From the human T2T-CHM13v2.0 reference genome, Homo sapiens: a DNA stretch of 64,000 bases. Made by a program: the position numbers and the translations under genes. The stretch is from assembly GCF_009914755.1 (NCBI RefSeq), contig NC_060925.1. One strand, given 5' to 3'. Below, piece after piece: positions 15,111 to 28,129 of this stretch. The notes under the pieces were generated by a model that had not been told where the DNA came from, made no database searches, and saw only the letters and a list, made by a program, of their open reading frames with translations. Position 1 is the first letter of the stretch, and each line of letters begins with the position of its first letter.

Positions 15111-16591
15111 GGTTTAAGGGGCTCATTATTTCAGACATGCTGCCACTTTAACAATTTTTGTATTCCATGAGAATTTCTGTGGCTACTATCCTAGTTAGGC
15201 AGACAAAAGAAAAAAAAGTTCCTGATAAAACAATTCAGCAAGCCCCTCTAGGCTCATATTAATGAGCCACATCAGGTGAGACTTTTACACTAGGTAGCAT
15301 AGGTGGCTGCAACTGAGATTTGATCCTCTCTCTGGCAAAATATTACATAATTTAAATATGTCTTGAAGAGGCCTTTTAAAGGTGAGCTGTTCACCAAGAG
15401 AACATACTTTTTTTTCCTCTTACTATTCCTTTTTTAGCAAACTGTCACACTCAACTTCACCATTCCTCCAAAACATGAAACTAAGCCCTTTTGAGCAATT
15501 TCAAACATTTCCACAAATGAATAGGCATAGCAATGTGTCATGAAATCTTGCCAATGTACAATGCCTACATTTTTATCACAACAATATATTTCTTTATTTA
15601 AAAGCTATTTTATTACTTCTTTATGATTTCCAACATACATTTCTCTTCCCATTATAAAAAGCAGTAATGTGAGGAGAAAGGTGTCAGCTGAAGCACAGAT
15701 TGCAAGCATTCCAATTTCCAGTGAACATAACAGACCACACTGATCACAACTTTGTATGGGGAAAATTATTTGTAAAATTATTTTTTGCATGTGTTTAAAT
15801 ATTATTCACAATGGGAAAATCTTTTCTATAGAAATGCTTTAAAATAATATGGCTGGCTGTTACTGCGGGAATGTTTTCTTTTAAAAAAACATAGCCTTTT
15901 ATTATCACATATACTCTTCATCCTTTTCCATTTCAGTTCTGTCTTGGTAAAAATGAGCAAAATAGAAATTTCAGTATAATTTTACCATTCACATTAGCAA
16001 GAGAACAATGGCAAGCGGCTTTGAACTGCTTCTCCATCTGGCATTTCAGTTACTGTTTAGATTAATAAGTACAATAGGAGGTGAAATTTTCTGGGCCAGA
16101 ATTTAATGGGGCTCAGCACTGCTCCTTTCAGAAAGGGCCCATCCACCTGTGAACAAAGCCTTCTGTCTATTTCCGTGGTCCTGACTAAAGTGACTGATGA
16201 GATGTGAGTCTGTTTCAAGTTGCAAAAGGGAAGGACTTACATTCCAGTTAACTACACTGTCTTCTTCTGATACGAATTATGCCAGCTGAGATAATCAATA
16301 ACTTATCAGGCTGCTGAGAGCCCATTAGCATGTGGTTAAAATGCTAGTGTTCACGGCAGTATTCTTCAATGTGGAAAGTGGCCCTTTGGTATAACACACT
16401 TCAATATTTTAAGCTCAATAATAATAACTCTTGTTTAACAAGATATTAGATTGACTCTTATAAATTAGAAGATTGTTTTCATGATCTGTGTAATCTACTA
16501 TATTAATAAATATAGAACTGAAGGCTCTTGGCACAATTCATTTCTCACTTCCACTTACAAGTGGGCTCTAAATATAAGGGATCAGGCTTAC

Positions 16592-16624
16592 CCAATTAAT
16601 CAGTGCACTGAACAACATGTCTAC
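16592..16624 (-). other. Candidate 33-nt exon
   Basis: Minus strand: ttttacattctcttcag|GTAGACATG...TTAATTGG|gtaagc. Confidence 0.3.
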
Positions 16625-17479
16625 CTGAAGAGAATGTAAAACCACTGCTTTTAGAAAGTGTGATTTAAACCGTAGGGCTAAATTAAAGAGCTTTTAAAAT
16701 ACAGAGATGATTATCCAGTAACAGCAAAACATAATTATGTGTTTTCCTTTATTTTTGGAAAGTTTTTCCAGAAAAAAATAATTTAGAAGAGAATGGAAAC
16801 TTACTGCTGTCATATTTTCACATTAACAAGAAAATGGCAAGAATAAACAAAAACAGTCCAGTTGGAAATGTTTAAGATCCAAAGATTTCCATTTGCATCC
16901 TCTAAGTGACAAAGACAAGGTTTTGCGTCTGGTGTCTGTATAGTAACTGAATTTTTCGCTGTCTACCCCTTAAATGCAATTCTGATTGTGCAGCCTTAAG
17001 AAATAACAGCTAAGTGAATGAGCAGGATGCGGTATTTCATGTACTATTCCCACTTTGGGATTGTCATATTGCATCTGTGGGATTAAATGTTTTAAGAAGT
17101 TGTCAAATTTAATTGGCGAGTTTGCACAGTTCTGGTTTACTGGATACATCACACACCAAGATCTTTTTCTTTTATCACTTTATGTTAACTCTATGATTTA
17201 AATATTGCCATCTGTGAACAAAGCCTACGGAATTAAGGAAACAGCTTTAGTAAATTAAAATCTTAACTGATGCATAATTTGAAGATTTTAACATTGTTTA
17301 TTTGATGTTTGGTGTATTTATCTTTCTTTTCTTATGGCAGGTATCATATCTTGTACATGTTCAGCACAGCAGAATGCCCTATAAACACTTCAATAAGCTT
17401 AAAGACTAAAAAAAAGAAGAAAAAAATTTATAACATCAACAGCAGACACGCAATCCTTTTAAGAATAAGGGCAAATGCT

Positions 17480-17925
17480 TCAAATAAATGCTTCAAATGA
17501 AATCTAACTTTCTTCCCTACCTAGGAAGCCTGCACAGTCTAAGACCTAACACTCCATCTCTCATTCCACTCCCTAAATTTTCTTGCACAGTCTCACACAT
17601 CTCGGCTCTTCTGTTTTTCACATGTGTAGCTTTTCTTCAGATCTTGACTCAAATGACACATCCACAAAAGGCACAGAAGTTCTTTCCAAACATCGTAAAT
17701 TGGCCCCCTCCAGTTATTGTTAATCATTCCCCCCAAAATGTTTTTCCTTCAATGAATTATCAATAATAATAACAATATATTTAAAATGTTGTTTATTTAT
17801 ACATTATATGTTTACCTGCAAAATGTGAGTTTCATAAGGACAGGGATCATGATTTTTTGTTTGCTTGGTTTGTTTTTGTTTTTCTGACAGTGCAGATCCA
17901 GCATTTGGTAGAATGCTGGAGAGTA
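17480..17925 (+). mobile_element. L2 3' fragment
   Basis: tcttcagatcttgactcaaatgacac...aatgtgagtttcataaggacagggatc. Confidence 0.65.
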
Positions 17926-18004
17926 GTTGTGGAGGTAGTAGTGATAGAAGGAGGATGAAGGGAAGAAATCATAAAATTGTTTAAAAATAAAAATAATGCT
18001 TTTA

Positions 18005-18240
18005 ATAGCTAAATAGCTAGAATGTTCTGAGCGCTCTATGAACCAGGCACTATGCCAGGGGATTTTCATTATCTTACTTAGTTCTTAAAACAATTCTCGG
18101 AGGTAGATGCAACTAATACCTAAGGTTGGTAGAAGAGAACTTGAGGCTTAGGGAGGGTAAGCCACTTATGTAGGGTCACAAAATTAATCGAGTTGGTGCC
18201 AGGATTCACACTTTGGCCATCTGATATCAGAGCCCATGTG
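18005..18240 (-). mobile_element. MIR
   Basis: ctgagcgctctatgaaccaggcact...gaggcttagggagggtaag...ggtcaca...ccaggattc. Confidence 0.8.
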
Positions 18241-18289
18241 AAAGTGGTGGTTAAATAAATGAATGGTTGTTAAATGGATGTGTGACTAA

Positions 18290-18348
18290 AGGAGGGAAGT
18301 AGAAAGGAAGGAAAGAAGGGAGGAAGGGAAAGAAAGAAGGAAAGAAAG
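18290..18348. repeat. GA-rich tract
   Basis: (GGAA/GAAA)-like purine run. Confidence 0.75.
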
Positions 18349-18680
18349 ACATGCTGCCTATACTAGTGGTAACTTGGCAAACCATGTTTTTTAATGAATT
18401 CAGACCAAATACCTAATGACTTGGAATAATCTATCTTTTTAAACTGTGAGTTCTGAGAATGAGAGATTGAAAGATTTCCAAATAAGTTTCAGGTGAAAAT
18501 AATACTCTTAACTGGTGCAGCTATTTTCACTACCAATGACTATTATAGATAACTTCTGAGAATCAACATTGTGAATGAGGCTGCACTGTGCCTAACAACA
18601 GAACAACTGTAGCTATTTCCCTAAGGCCCATGATGGGTGGAACATTTCCACCCAGCCTGGAGGAATGCAATAACAGTAGC

Positions 18681-18713
<33 letters not shown>
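18681..18713. repeat. (AAT)n microsatellite
   Basis: About 11 AAT units. Confidence 0.95.
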
Positions 18714-18989
18714 TGAATTAGTGTTTGTATGTACCAGTTTTGTACTGAACACCTTAATTCTGCATAATCTTCTTTAACCCTCCTGCAGTCCTAGGAGGTG
18801 AGACAGAATCACACAGCCCTCAGGGTCAATGGAACTTGAACCCAGGATTCAGATGCAGACATTTGACTCCAGATCTGACTGTAGATTTTGCAAAGTCACT
18901 CTCCAGAGGTCTTATATCATCTCTGTATAAAGTTGAAACCATGGAAATAGGGAGAGTTAATAGGAATTATGAGGTTTATAGGTAGGCAT

Positions 18990-19175
18990 TATACATGGGT
19001 TACCTCAATGAATCTTCACAATTTGCAATATTTCTATTTGACAAGGGCGGACAATGAAACTCACAGAAGCTGAGTAACTTGCTTAAGTTTATCCAGCTAG
19101 TAAATGGTAGGATCAGGATTTGATCCCAGGGCTGTATGTCTCCAAAGCCCATGGTCATTTTTTTTAAGCCACAAT
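18990..19175 (-). mobile_element. MIR
   Basis: tgagtaacttgcttaag...cagctagtaaatgg...ggatttgatcccagg...ctccaaagccc. Confidence 0.8.
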
Positions 19176-19862
19176 ATTTCATGGAGCTTTTGTATATTGT
19201 AGGCTTAAGAGAAAAGAGAAGCAGCAGGTTTTCTCTATAGTCCCCAGTAATTATCTTAATGCTAATTCTGGTATAACTCTGAAGGCTAAAATGGCTTGAT
19301 TTACTTCTCTCGAAATTGTTATTTTTTAAGATGGGTGATATCTGTGAGTGCAATAGCTTTTATGGAATGACTATTCTGAAGAAGAGGCTCTTCTCTAGGA
19401 GTGGTACCCTGCATCTTAAGAGTATATAACACAGTTTCCCTTTGAATTAGTTTATTCCAGAAAAGCATTATTTATTGTAACAACTATATATTTTCACACT
19501 GATAATAAATGATGTACCATTTGTAATAAGACTTTGGAAGGAGAGGAATGTATAAGCTCAAATGTGTAAATTTGGAAATTTGGCTAAAATATAAAAAATC
19601 TCTTCTGTAGCTATAGTACTATGATATTACAGAATGAATATATTATGTCTAATCTAAATCATGAGTTATAGTTTATTAAGGAGCTCATATTATATTCACC
19701 ATAAAGTAATTAAATAGTTTCACCTTGAGCTATCATTCTTTGAGGATATTTAATAACGTAAAAAAATGACTTCCTGCTGCCAGGGATTGAAGAAAAAAAA
19801 GAAAAATAATAATGTAAAAAAAAAAAAAAAAGACAATGTCATGTGCTGACATACATGGGTCC

Positions 19863-20292
19863 TGTTAAAGCACACTAAATATGGCCTGAGAAGGACTCCA
19901 TACTTCTATATTTGAGTCCTTGTGGATGAACCATAAACTAGCTTATTAGGCAGAAAAAACTGAAAACTTAACTTAGGAGTGTGGACCTGTAACAATAACT
20001 GAGTGTTGGCCCATCCCAGTGGCCATACTTCAACCACTCATCAATTGCTGAGTGTTCAGACTAGGTTCAAATAATGCAGGTGCTGAGGTGTAACCAATCC
20101 AGCTGTTCTACACCTCACTTCCAATTTCTGTATGTCATTTCTCTTTTTTGTCTATAAATCTTCTTCTGCTATGTGGCTGCAATGGAATCTCTGAGAATTT
20201 CCTGTGATTCAGGGGGCTGCCCAATTCACAAATCATTCATTGATCAATTAAACTCCTTTAAATTTAATTCAGCTGAAGTTTCTATTTTATCA
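19863..20292 (+). mobile_element. MER57A-type ERV1 solo LTR
   Basis: TG..CA termini; tgttaaagc..actaaatatggcctgagaaggactcc start; CCAAT, TATA-like tctataaat and aattaaa signals. Confidence 0.88.
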
Positions 20293-20448
20293 TTCTTTGC
20301 CTAAAGATTGCCTCACAATCAAAGAAGGAGGGTGAGGGAGTGAAAAACTCAATAAAATATATGCTATCTTTATTGCTGCATAGTCTTAAGTTATCACCTA
20401 TAATGAAGATGCTTAGAGTTGTGCCCTGAACTGAAGAGAGAGTCTGCC

Positions 20449-22721
20449 TGTATTAGCCTGTTTTCACATTGCTGATAAAGACACACGTGAAACTGGGCAA
20501 TTTACAAAAGAAAGAGGTTTATTGGACTTATACTTCAACATGGCCTGGGAGGCCTCACAATCATGGTGGAAGGCAAGGAGGAGCAAGTCACATCTTACAT
20601 GGATGACAGCAGGCAAACAGAGCTTGTTCAGGGAAACATCTGTTTTTACAAGTATTAGATTTCATGAGACTCATTCACTATCATGAGAACAGCACAGGAA
20701 AGACCAGCCCCCATAATTCAATCACCTCCCACTGAGCTCCTCCCATGACATGTGAAAATTATGGGAATTACAATTCAAGATGAGATTTGTGTGGGGACAC
20801 AGAGCCAAACCACATCATTCCACCCTTGGCCCCTCCCAAATCTCATGTCCTCACATTTCAAAATCAATCATGCCTTCCCAACAGTCCCCCAAATTCTTAA
20901 CTCATTGCACCATTAACTCAAAAGTCCACAGTCCAATGCCTCATCTGAAACAGGGCAAGTCCCTTCCACTTATGATCCTGTAAAATCTAAAACAAGTTAG
21001 TTACTTCCTAGATACAATGGGGGTACAGGAATTGGGTAAATACAAAGTGGCTACAGGCCCCATTCAAGTTCAAAATCCAGAAGGACAGTCAAATCCTGAG
21101 GCTCCAAAATGATCTCCTTTCACTACATTTCTCACATCTGGATCACACTGATGCAAGAGGCGGGTTCCCATGGTCTTGGGCAGTTCCTCCCCTGAGGCTC
21201 TGCAGGGGACAGCCTCCCTCTCTGCTGATTTCACGGGCTGCGGTTGAGTGTCTGGGGCTCTTCCAGGTGCACAGTGCAAGCTGTCAGTGGATTTGCCATT
21301 CTGGGGTCTGGAGGATGATGGCCTTCTTCTCACAGCTCCACTAGGGTATACCCCAGTAGGGACTCTGTGTGGGAGCTCTGACCCCACATTTCCCTTCCGC
21401 ACTGCCCTAGCAGAGATCCTCCATGAGAGCCCACCCCTGCAGCAAACTTCTGCCTGGACATCCACGTATTTCCATACATCCTCTGAAATCTAGGTGTAGG
21501 TTCCCAAACCTCAATTCTTGACTTCCGTGCACCCACAGGCTCAACACCACATGGAAGCTGCCAAAGTTTAGGGCTTACCCCCTCTGATGCCACAGCCTGA
21601 GCTCTATGTTGGACCCTTTCAGCCATGGCTGGAGTGGCTGGGACACAGGGCACTAAATCCCTAGGCTGCACATAGCACAGGTACCGTGGACCCAGCCAAC
21701 AAAACACTTTTTCCTCCTAGGCCTCTGGGCTTGTGATGGGAAGGGCTGCCTTGAAGACCTCTGACATGGCCTGGAGACATTTTCTGCATTGTCTTGGGGA
21801 TTAACATTTAGCTCCTCACTGCTTCTGCTAATTTCTGCAGTGGGCTTGAATTTCTCCTGAGAAAATGGGATTTTCTTTTCTGTCACATTGTCAGTCTGCA
21901 AATTTTCCAAATGTTTATGCTCTCCCCCCTTATAAAACTGAATGCCTTTAACAGCACCCAAGCCACCTCTTGAATGCTTTGCTGCTTAGAAATTTCTTCC
22001 ACTAGATACCCTATATCGCCTCTCTCAAGTTCAAAGTTCCAGAGATCTCTAGGGCAGGGGCAAAATGCCACCAGTCTCTTTGATAAAACATAACAAGAGT
22101 CCAGTTTGGTCCAGTTCCCATCAAGTTCCTCATCTCCATCTGTGACTACTTCAGCCTGGACCTTATTGTTCATATCATTATCAGCATTTTTGTCAAAGCC
22201 ATTCAACCAGTCTCTAGGAAATTCCCAACTTTCCCACATTTTCTTCTGAGCCCTCCAAATTTTTCCAACATCTTCCTGTTACGTAGTTCCAAAGTCACTT
22301 CCACATTTTTGCGTATCTTTTCAGCAGTGCACCCCTCTGCTGGTACCAATTTACTGTGTTAGTCCATTTTCATGTTGCTGATAAAGACATACCCAAAACT
22401 GGACAATTTACAAAAGAAAGAGGTTTATTGAACTTACAGTTCCACATGGCCTGGGAAGCCTCAAAATCATGGTGGAAGGCAAGGAGAAGCAAATCATATC
22501 TTATGTGGAGGGCAGCAGGCAAAGAGAGCTTGTGCAGGGAAACTCCCATTTTTAAAACCATTGGATCTCATGAGGCCCATTCACTATCACAAGAACAGTG
22601 CAGGAAAGACATGCCCCCATAATTTAATCACCTCCCACCGGGTTCCTCCCATGACATGTGGGAATTGTGGGAATTACAATTCAAGATGAGATTTGGGTGG
22701 GGACACAGCCAAACCATATCA
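20449..22721 (-). mobile_element. Full-length THE1 (ERVL-MaLR, probably THE1C): LTR-int-LTR
   Basis: LTRs at 20449-20817 and 22355-22721 around a 1.5-kb internal region with frameshifted MaLR ORF remnant (MWESWEFPRDWLNGFDKNAD...); 5-bp TSD ctgcc/ctacc. Confidence 0.96.
22355..22721 (-). promoter_or_regulatory. THE1 5' LTR with DUX4-type site and intact splice donor
   Basis: TAATTTAATCA at 22620-22630; minus-strand ggaact|GTAAGT at 22437-22432; activity not shown. Confidence 0.5.
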
Positions 22722-22759
22722 CTACCTAAGCCCATTCTAGTATGAAACAAAGAGGAAAA

Positions 22760-22900
22760 ATTCTGATTCCTAGTATTAGCCAGTTATATAAATTTGGGTA
22801 ACTTTTATTTTGTCACAGCACTTCCTCATCTATTAAATATTTCCTCATCTATCAAATGGAACAATAGGATTACTTTCCAAATAGGATTGGTACATAATAC
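22760..22900 (+). mobile_element. MIR fragment
   Basis: aatttgggtaac...ttcctcatctatcaaatgg, with a small internal tandem duplication. Confidence 0.55.
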
Positions 22901-22901
22901 C

Positions 22902-23677
22902 TGAAGCCAGAAATTTTCCCTGACCCCTTCACGGGCAGGACCTGGAGTGTATGGACACTGGCAGGGGCGAACTACACTCACTCAAACCTGCTGCACTCAA
23001 CCCCTCACAGGAGGAGCAGACGCAGAAGCCCAGGTGATCGCTTTTGGGCACTGGCAGGAACAAATTGTATACTAGCCCCACAGCAGCATCTAGGGGGGTG
23101 CCTGTGATCCCTGAAGCCCCAGAAGCAATGTTACAGTCAGTGCTCTTTTAGCTTTGCCATCTGCAGGTGGCTTAAGTGTTGACAGCTCAATGGAAGGTTA
23201 GCGTGACAGCCTTTTGCACCTGCACCCAAGTTCTTATCTGGTGTCTAGGAAGAATGAGGTCACACAAACAAACTGGAGATGGTAAATGCAGGGGCTTTTA
23301 TTGCCAAATAAAGTGGCTTTCAGAGTGAGAGGGAAGGGAAGCTGGAAAGGGAACAGAGCTGTGAGGTAATTTTCTGAAGCTATGCCATTAAGCCATCCCT
23401 GTGAAGTCAAGCTGCTTCTCTGCGACATCGAATTGTAGTCTTTAATGTCCATGTGCTCCTCTTCTTCTCCTCCCTCTGGCAGCAGAGCCTGGGTTTTTAT
23501 GGGCACAGGTTTGGGGTTCAGGGTAGGCCATGGGTGGTTTTGGAAAAGGCAACATTTGAATGGGAAAATAGGAATGTATGTTCTCACTTTGGGCCGAGGT
23601 TCCAGGCCTGAGGGTGGGGCCCTTGCTGCAGACCCACCCTCTTCTGCCCAGAATTTCCCTGTCTTCTGTCTCTTTCA
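22902..23677 (-). mobile_element. LTR27/LTR28/LTR1-group ERV1 solo LTR
   Basis: Minus strand starts tgaaagagacagaagacagggaaattctgggcagaagaggg and ends gaaggggtcagggaaaatttctggcttca; 4-bp TSD tacc/taac. Confidence 0.8.
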
Positions 23678-23841
23678 TAACCACTCTGTAATGGAAGAAA
23701 TTGTTAAAAGTATTATTTTGCATTTTCTTCCTTTGAATCCCCATATGTTGCAGTATGAGGGCAGAGCCCCTGTTTTATTTATCTCTGTACCCTCAGTATC
23801 TTGAGGCTGTCAATGAATATTTGCTGCAGCATGGTATATAG

Positions 23842-24026
23842 CAGTCAGTTTAGACCTTAGCATGCATCAGATTCACCAGATTAGCTTGTTAAATAAATAG
23901 ATTCCTAGGTTGTACTCCTAGACTTTCTGATCAGGTCTGTGGTGAGGCCTGACAATTTGTATGTCTCACAATTTCCTAAGTGATGTTGCTGCTACTGGTC
24001 TGGCAACTATAATTTGAGGACAACTT
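23842..24026. mobile_element. MER5A hAT-Charlie element
   Basis: catgcatcagattcacc...gcttgttaaa...gtgatgttgctgctactggtctgg...tttgag. Confidence 0.8.
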
Positions 24027-27000
24027 ACATGTGGCAAGAAATTAAATTGGCATTCAAGTCAAATATACTGTATTAAAACTTCACTATAATACTTGGTAGT
24101 ATTTTTAAACATTGTAAGTCACTTAAATATTTTCGTAGTACCACTCCTCGCCTACAAGAAAGAAAGTGCACATTCAGTATTAAATCCGGTTTTCTCACAA
24201 TCCAACAAATTATCTATGCTTTCCGTGTCCTAAGATTGGGTGACGTGAGATAATCCCATTCCACTCCTGTCGGCAGTAACTTTGAAAGGCCCTGTTCCTC
24301 CTCTATCCTTCTCCTGACTGCTGATATATAACTAGAAATCCTGCTCACTATACCCAGACAGCCCAAATTCCTGCTCTGTTCTAACCATCCCCAGTTCCTG
24401 GATGAAATTTTCATCATATCTATGCCTTCTTTTTCAATTTGCATTTAATTCTTAACATAACACTGGCTCAAAATTTGTCACCCACTCAGAGGTCATCTTA
24501 TCTCTGGAACTGTGAAAGGTACTGTACTTTGGTAAATACAACACCTTTTTGAAAAGTATACAGTCTAGTGAATTCAAGAGAAAGGTCAAAGCTTAAGTAA
24601 ATGAAACCGAGTGTTATCTATACAATGATATTTGACATAAGGAGAGTCTTTGAAATTCCAGGAAGAGCGTAAAGAGAAAAAACAAAATGCCCTTCAGAAC
24701 AGACACATAAAAGGAAACCACATGTCTTTAGAAGGCAGAAAGAAAGAAGTGCACTTTGCTACACTATACTATTAATTGTTGTACTGGTTAGTCATTCAGA
24801 CAGAATTCAAATCACTTCTAAAATTTTGAAAAAAGTAGACTTTATCTCTGGCCCAATTTACCTGCAACTATTTTGAGACAGTGTAAGATTTTTTTAAGAC
24901 TGTGAAGATTACCAGCATCATAAACTTGTTACTCTTCTATCATGCAAGAATAGGCTGAGCTTAGTTGGAGACCTGTAGTTTAAAATTCATCATTTCGCTG
25001 TACAGTTATGACTGTGCAAAAGAAGTGTTTGCATATCGTGGGTATTTTTTCCATTGTTTTGCAAAAATTCTTAACCAAGTTATAAGGAGATGAAAAGCTA
25101 TTTTGGTCTGTATTTGAAAATCTGTATATTAGAGCACATTTATTATATATGTAAATAATAATAAAATAAATTTCATTGTTTCTGTTTTTTACTTTTTCCT
25201 CATACTACCATTTTCTTACAACAGAGCCTAACATAATTATGGCTGTTCATTTAAAAAGGTTTGGAGATGGTAATATCTAGTGAAGTGAGATAGACCTCAG
25301 CAAAAAAAAAAATCCACATCTGCAAATAACTGGTAGGATACATGTTAATGAGTTGTTTCTGTGGTCCCAGTGCCTTAAGTGTGTTCAGGATCCAAATCTA
25401 AATGCAATGTGCTTTTGAACACTAAAAGTGACAGGGCAAAATCTGGGTGGCTTATCACTGGTGAAAACAGGTGCACACCTTCTCTTTCATTTCATTGACA
25501 TGCATTCTGCACCATTCATCAACCTGATTTTTTCTTCTCTAGCCTAACCTTTTGGTGACAGTAAACATGACTTGACAGAGGGTCCAACAAAGAAATTATG
25601 TGATCTTTAACCTTTTCTGGTTTGTGACAGGTTTGGGACACATCTGGACTAATCCATCAGGGAGGGAAGATTTCTTTAGAATTATAATATGACAGTGATC
25701 TTTAGGAGCAAACAGGCATGTGTTTGTGTAAAGTCCCTTTCAGTTAAATCTAAATGAATAGAAAATAATGATAATGTTCAGCCTAAAGAAGCCCATTTTC
25801 CTAGGGTAAAAGGAACCTTCCTTCTCAAATGAAAGGCAATAATAGTCCAGCATACATTAAAAAAAATATGTAGCATCTACTAGAAAAATTGTTTATAAAT
25901 TGGTTCTTATGGATTTATTATTGAATATAGATATGTATGTAAATGAGAAAGCAGACACTGTAGGCAACTGTGGAATTTAGTCATGTGCAGAGTGAGGATC
26001 ATTAATTGTAAATATGCATTTGTGTAAATATATCTGTAGGTGAAAATGTATTTATACATGACGAACTTTTTAAACTATTTCCTCGAAACTATTTGTCCAA
26101 TATAATTGGATGACTAAATACCAATGCAGCTACTCCCTAGTTTTGAAATAAAAGAGAAGAAATAGAATCAAGTATAAATACTCAGAGTTATCCTATGCCC
26201 TGGTGCAAAAATGGGTCTTTTCTAATCTCTTTGTTTTTGTTTTTTTTTAATCAGAATGATTTACATATGAATTTTATTCTGAACTAGAAAAAAAACTATG
26301 AAAATCCAGCTCAGTGATCTCTCAGAAAAAGTAGGAAAAATAAGGCATTTTACTCCTATCAAACACTATACTGGTTTAAAATGCTTTTACTCACTTTGGC
26401 ATATAACTTTACATATTGAACTCCCAAACCACAATTAAACAGAATTTTCCTATCCCTCATTCCCTTTACATTTTGCCTGACTGTCCCAGAAGACTAAAGA
26501 ATAAACTGATAGTCTCTACTGTCTTATATTCTGAGATAACTGAAGTCCCTCCATTTTTTTAATGGGAAACATCCAGACCTTCTTTTGTTTTAACCTTCGA
26601 AGGAAAACATTAAATTCCTACATGTGTGCTTACAATAATGATTTTAGTAACATTTTGGGTGGTGAATGGAGATCATATTTGAGCTGATTAGCAATTTAAT
26701 CCCTCAGTAAATGACAGGAAAAATATTCCTATGGTGTGGGATACTTGGTAGAGGTGCTCTGCCAGGCTAAAACAAAATGTAGCCACAACTGTTTCCTGAT
26801 TATATAGATTTGTAGCTGAAATAAATAGATGTTTCCCATTATTATCTAGTAGAATTAATAGGGATCCTTTAAAACTACACCTACCACATGACTAAGTTAC
26901 TTTTTATAAGTTCCTACTATGTTTCTGTGATGTCATATATCCAACTGTAGGCTTAGTTCACGATGTTCTTCAGCTCCTTTCATCAGATGATTTTTAAGAT

Positions 27001-28129
27001 GTATTTTATAAATAAATATTTTAGGCCTCAGATCTCACCTCTCAGTTTCAAATGAAGGCTTCGTTTGGATTCTGTTACTGATTTAAATCAAACACTTGTA
27101 AACTATTATTTAAGCACATGCAGAGTTTTCTAAACTACTGTTTGAGTCATAAAAAGCTCCTTCATTCCATTTTATTTAGAATTTGTAAAATAATGTACTA
27201 CTTTTTAAAGTCAAAACGACTTTCTAATTACTTTCCTGCAGTTGGCTTCTAACATACAGTGAGTAATATTTCTTGTTAGCTAAAATTAAGTTTAAAAATC
27301 AGTAACAAGTCTACAGAGTAGTAGAAGATTTTCATTTATAAACATATCTTCATGAAATGTAGGTTCTCAGCCTAGGAAAGGCTTGGTGGAAAGCAGCCAG
27401 GGTGTTATAGGGAACATATTTCCAGGGATAGCAGCAAGAGATCATCAAATCTTGGCATTTTTCCTAGAATTTATCCTGAGCAGTTTAAGGAAAAATAAAT
27501 GTGGCTATACACAGACCCTGGTGATAGGGCATGGTGTATTAAGTAAGGCTAAGAGATTGGTTGAAGATTACATATTGACTAGCCCTTTGGTGACAATATC
27601 AGGTAAGGGAATTAGGGAAATCTTGGAAGTCTCCAGGTGTGGCAACTAACCAGGGGCCTTGAAAACACTACAGAAAACTCCACATGGGCCTGGAATATTT
27701 CTGTTGCATTCACCTTTTTAAACCTAGTTCAGTACTGCATGTAGTGTTGGAAAAGATGAGTGAAAGGGAGGTAAAATTTAATACGTCCATAATCTTCTCC
27801 ATGGTTGCTCTTATGCACTTTGAGCCACCCCAAATAAACAGAGCGCCTATGTAAGACTAGTCTTCTTGCCAAGCAAAGGACTTAAAAATAGTCCTTTAGA
27901 CCTAAGTCCCCCTTCATAGATATTCTGAAGCTTTCAACAATGATAAAGTAGATGCTCAGGAAATATTTCTCAACTGAATAAAAATATTAATGAGTGGGTA
28001 AAATGAGTGTGGGGATGTTGAGCCAAACTTTAGTTTTCTAATTTAAAATGATCTAACTTTTAAAGCTTAGGATTTCTCCTGGGTGTAGTGAGAGAGTAGG
28101 GTAATGGTGTGCTTATAATTGTTTTAACA

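Noticed and set aside
20780-23804. Multiple overlapping ORFs over 100 aa
   Set aside because: Frameshifted THE1-int remnants and LTR sequence, not host genes
27380-27850. env remnant of the provirus
   Set aside because: Position fits, but no convincing furin site, immunosuppressive domain or CX6CC motif
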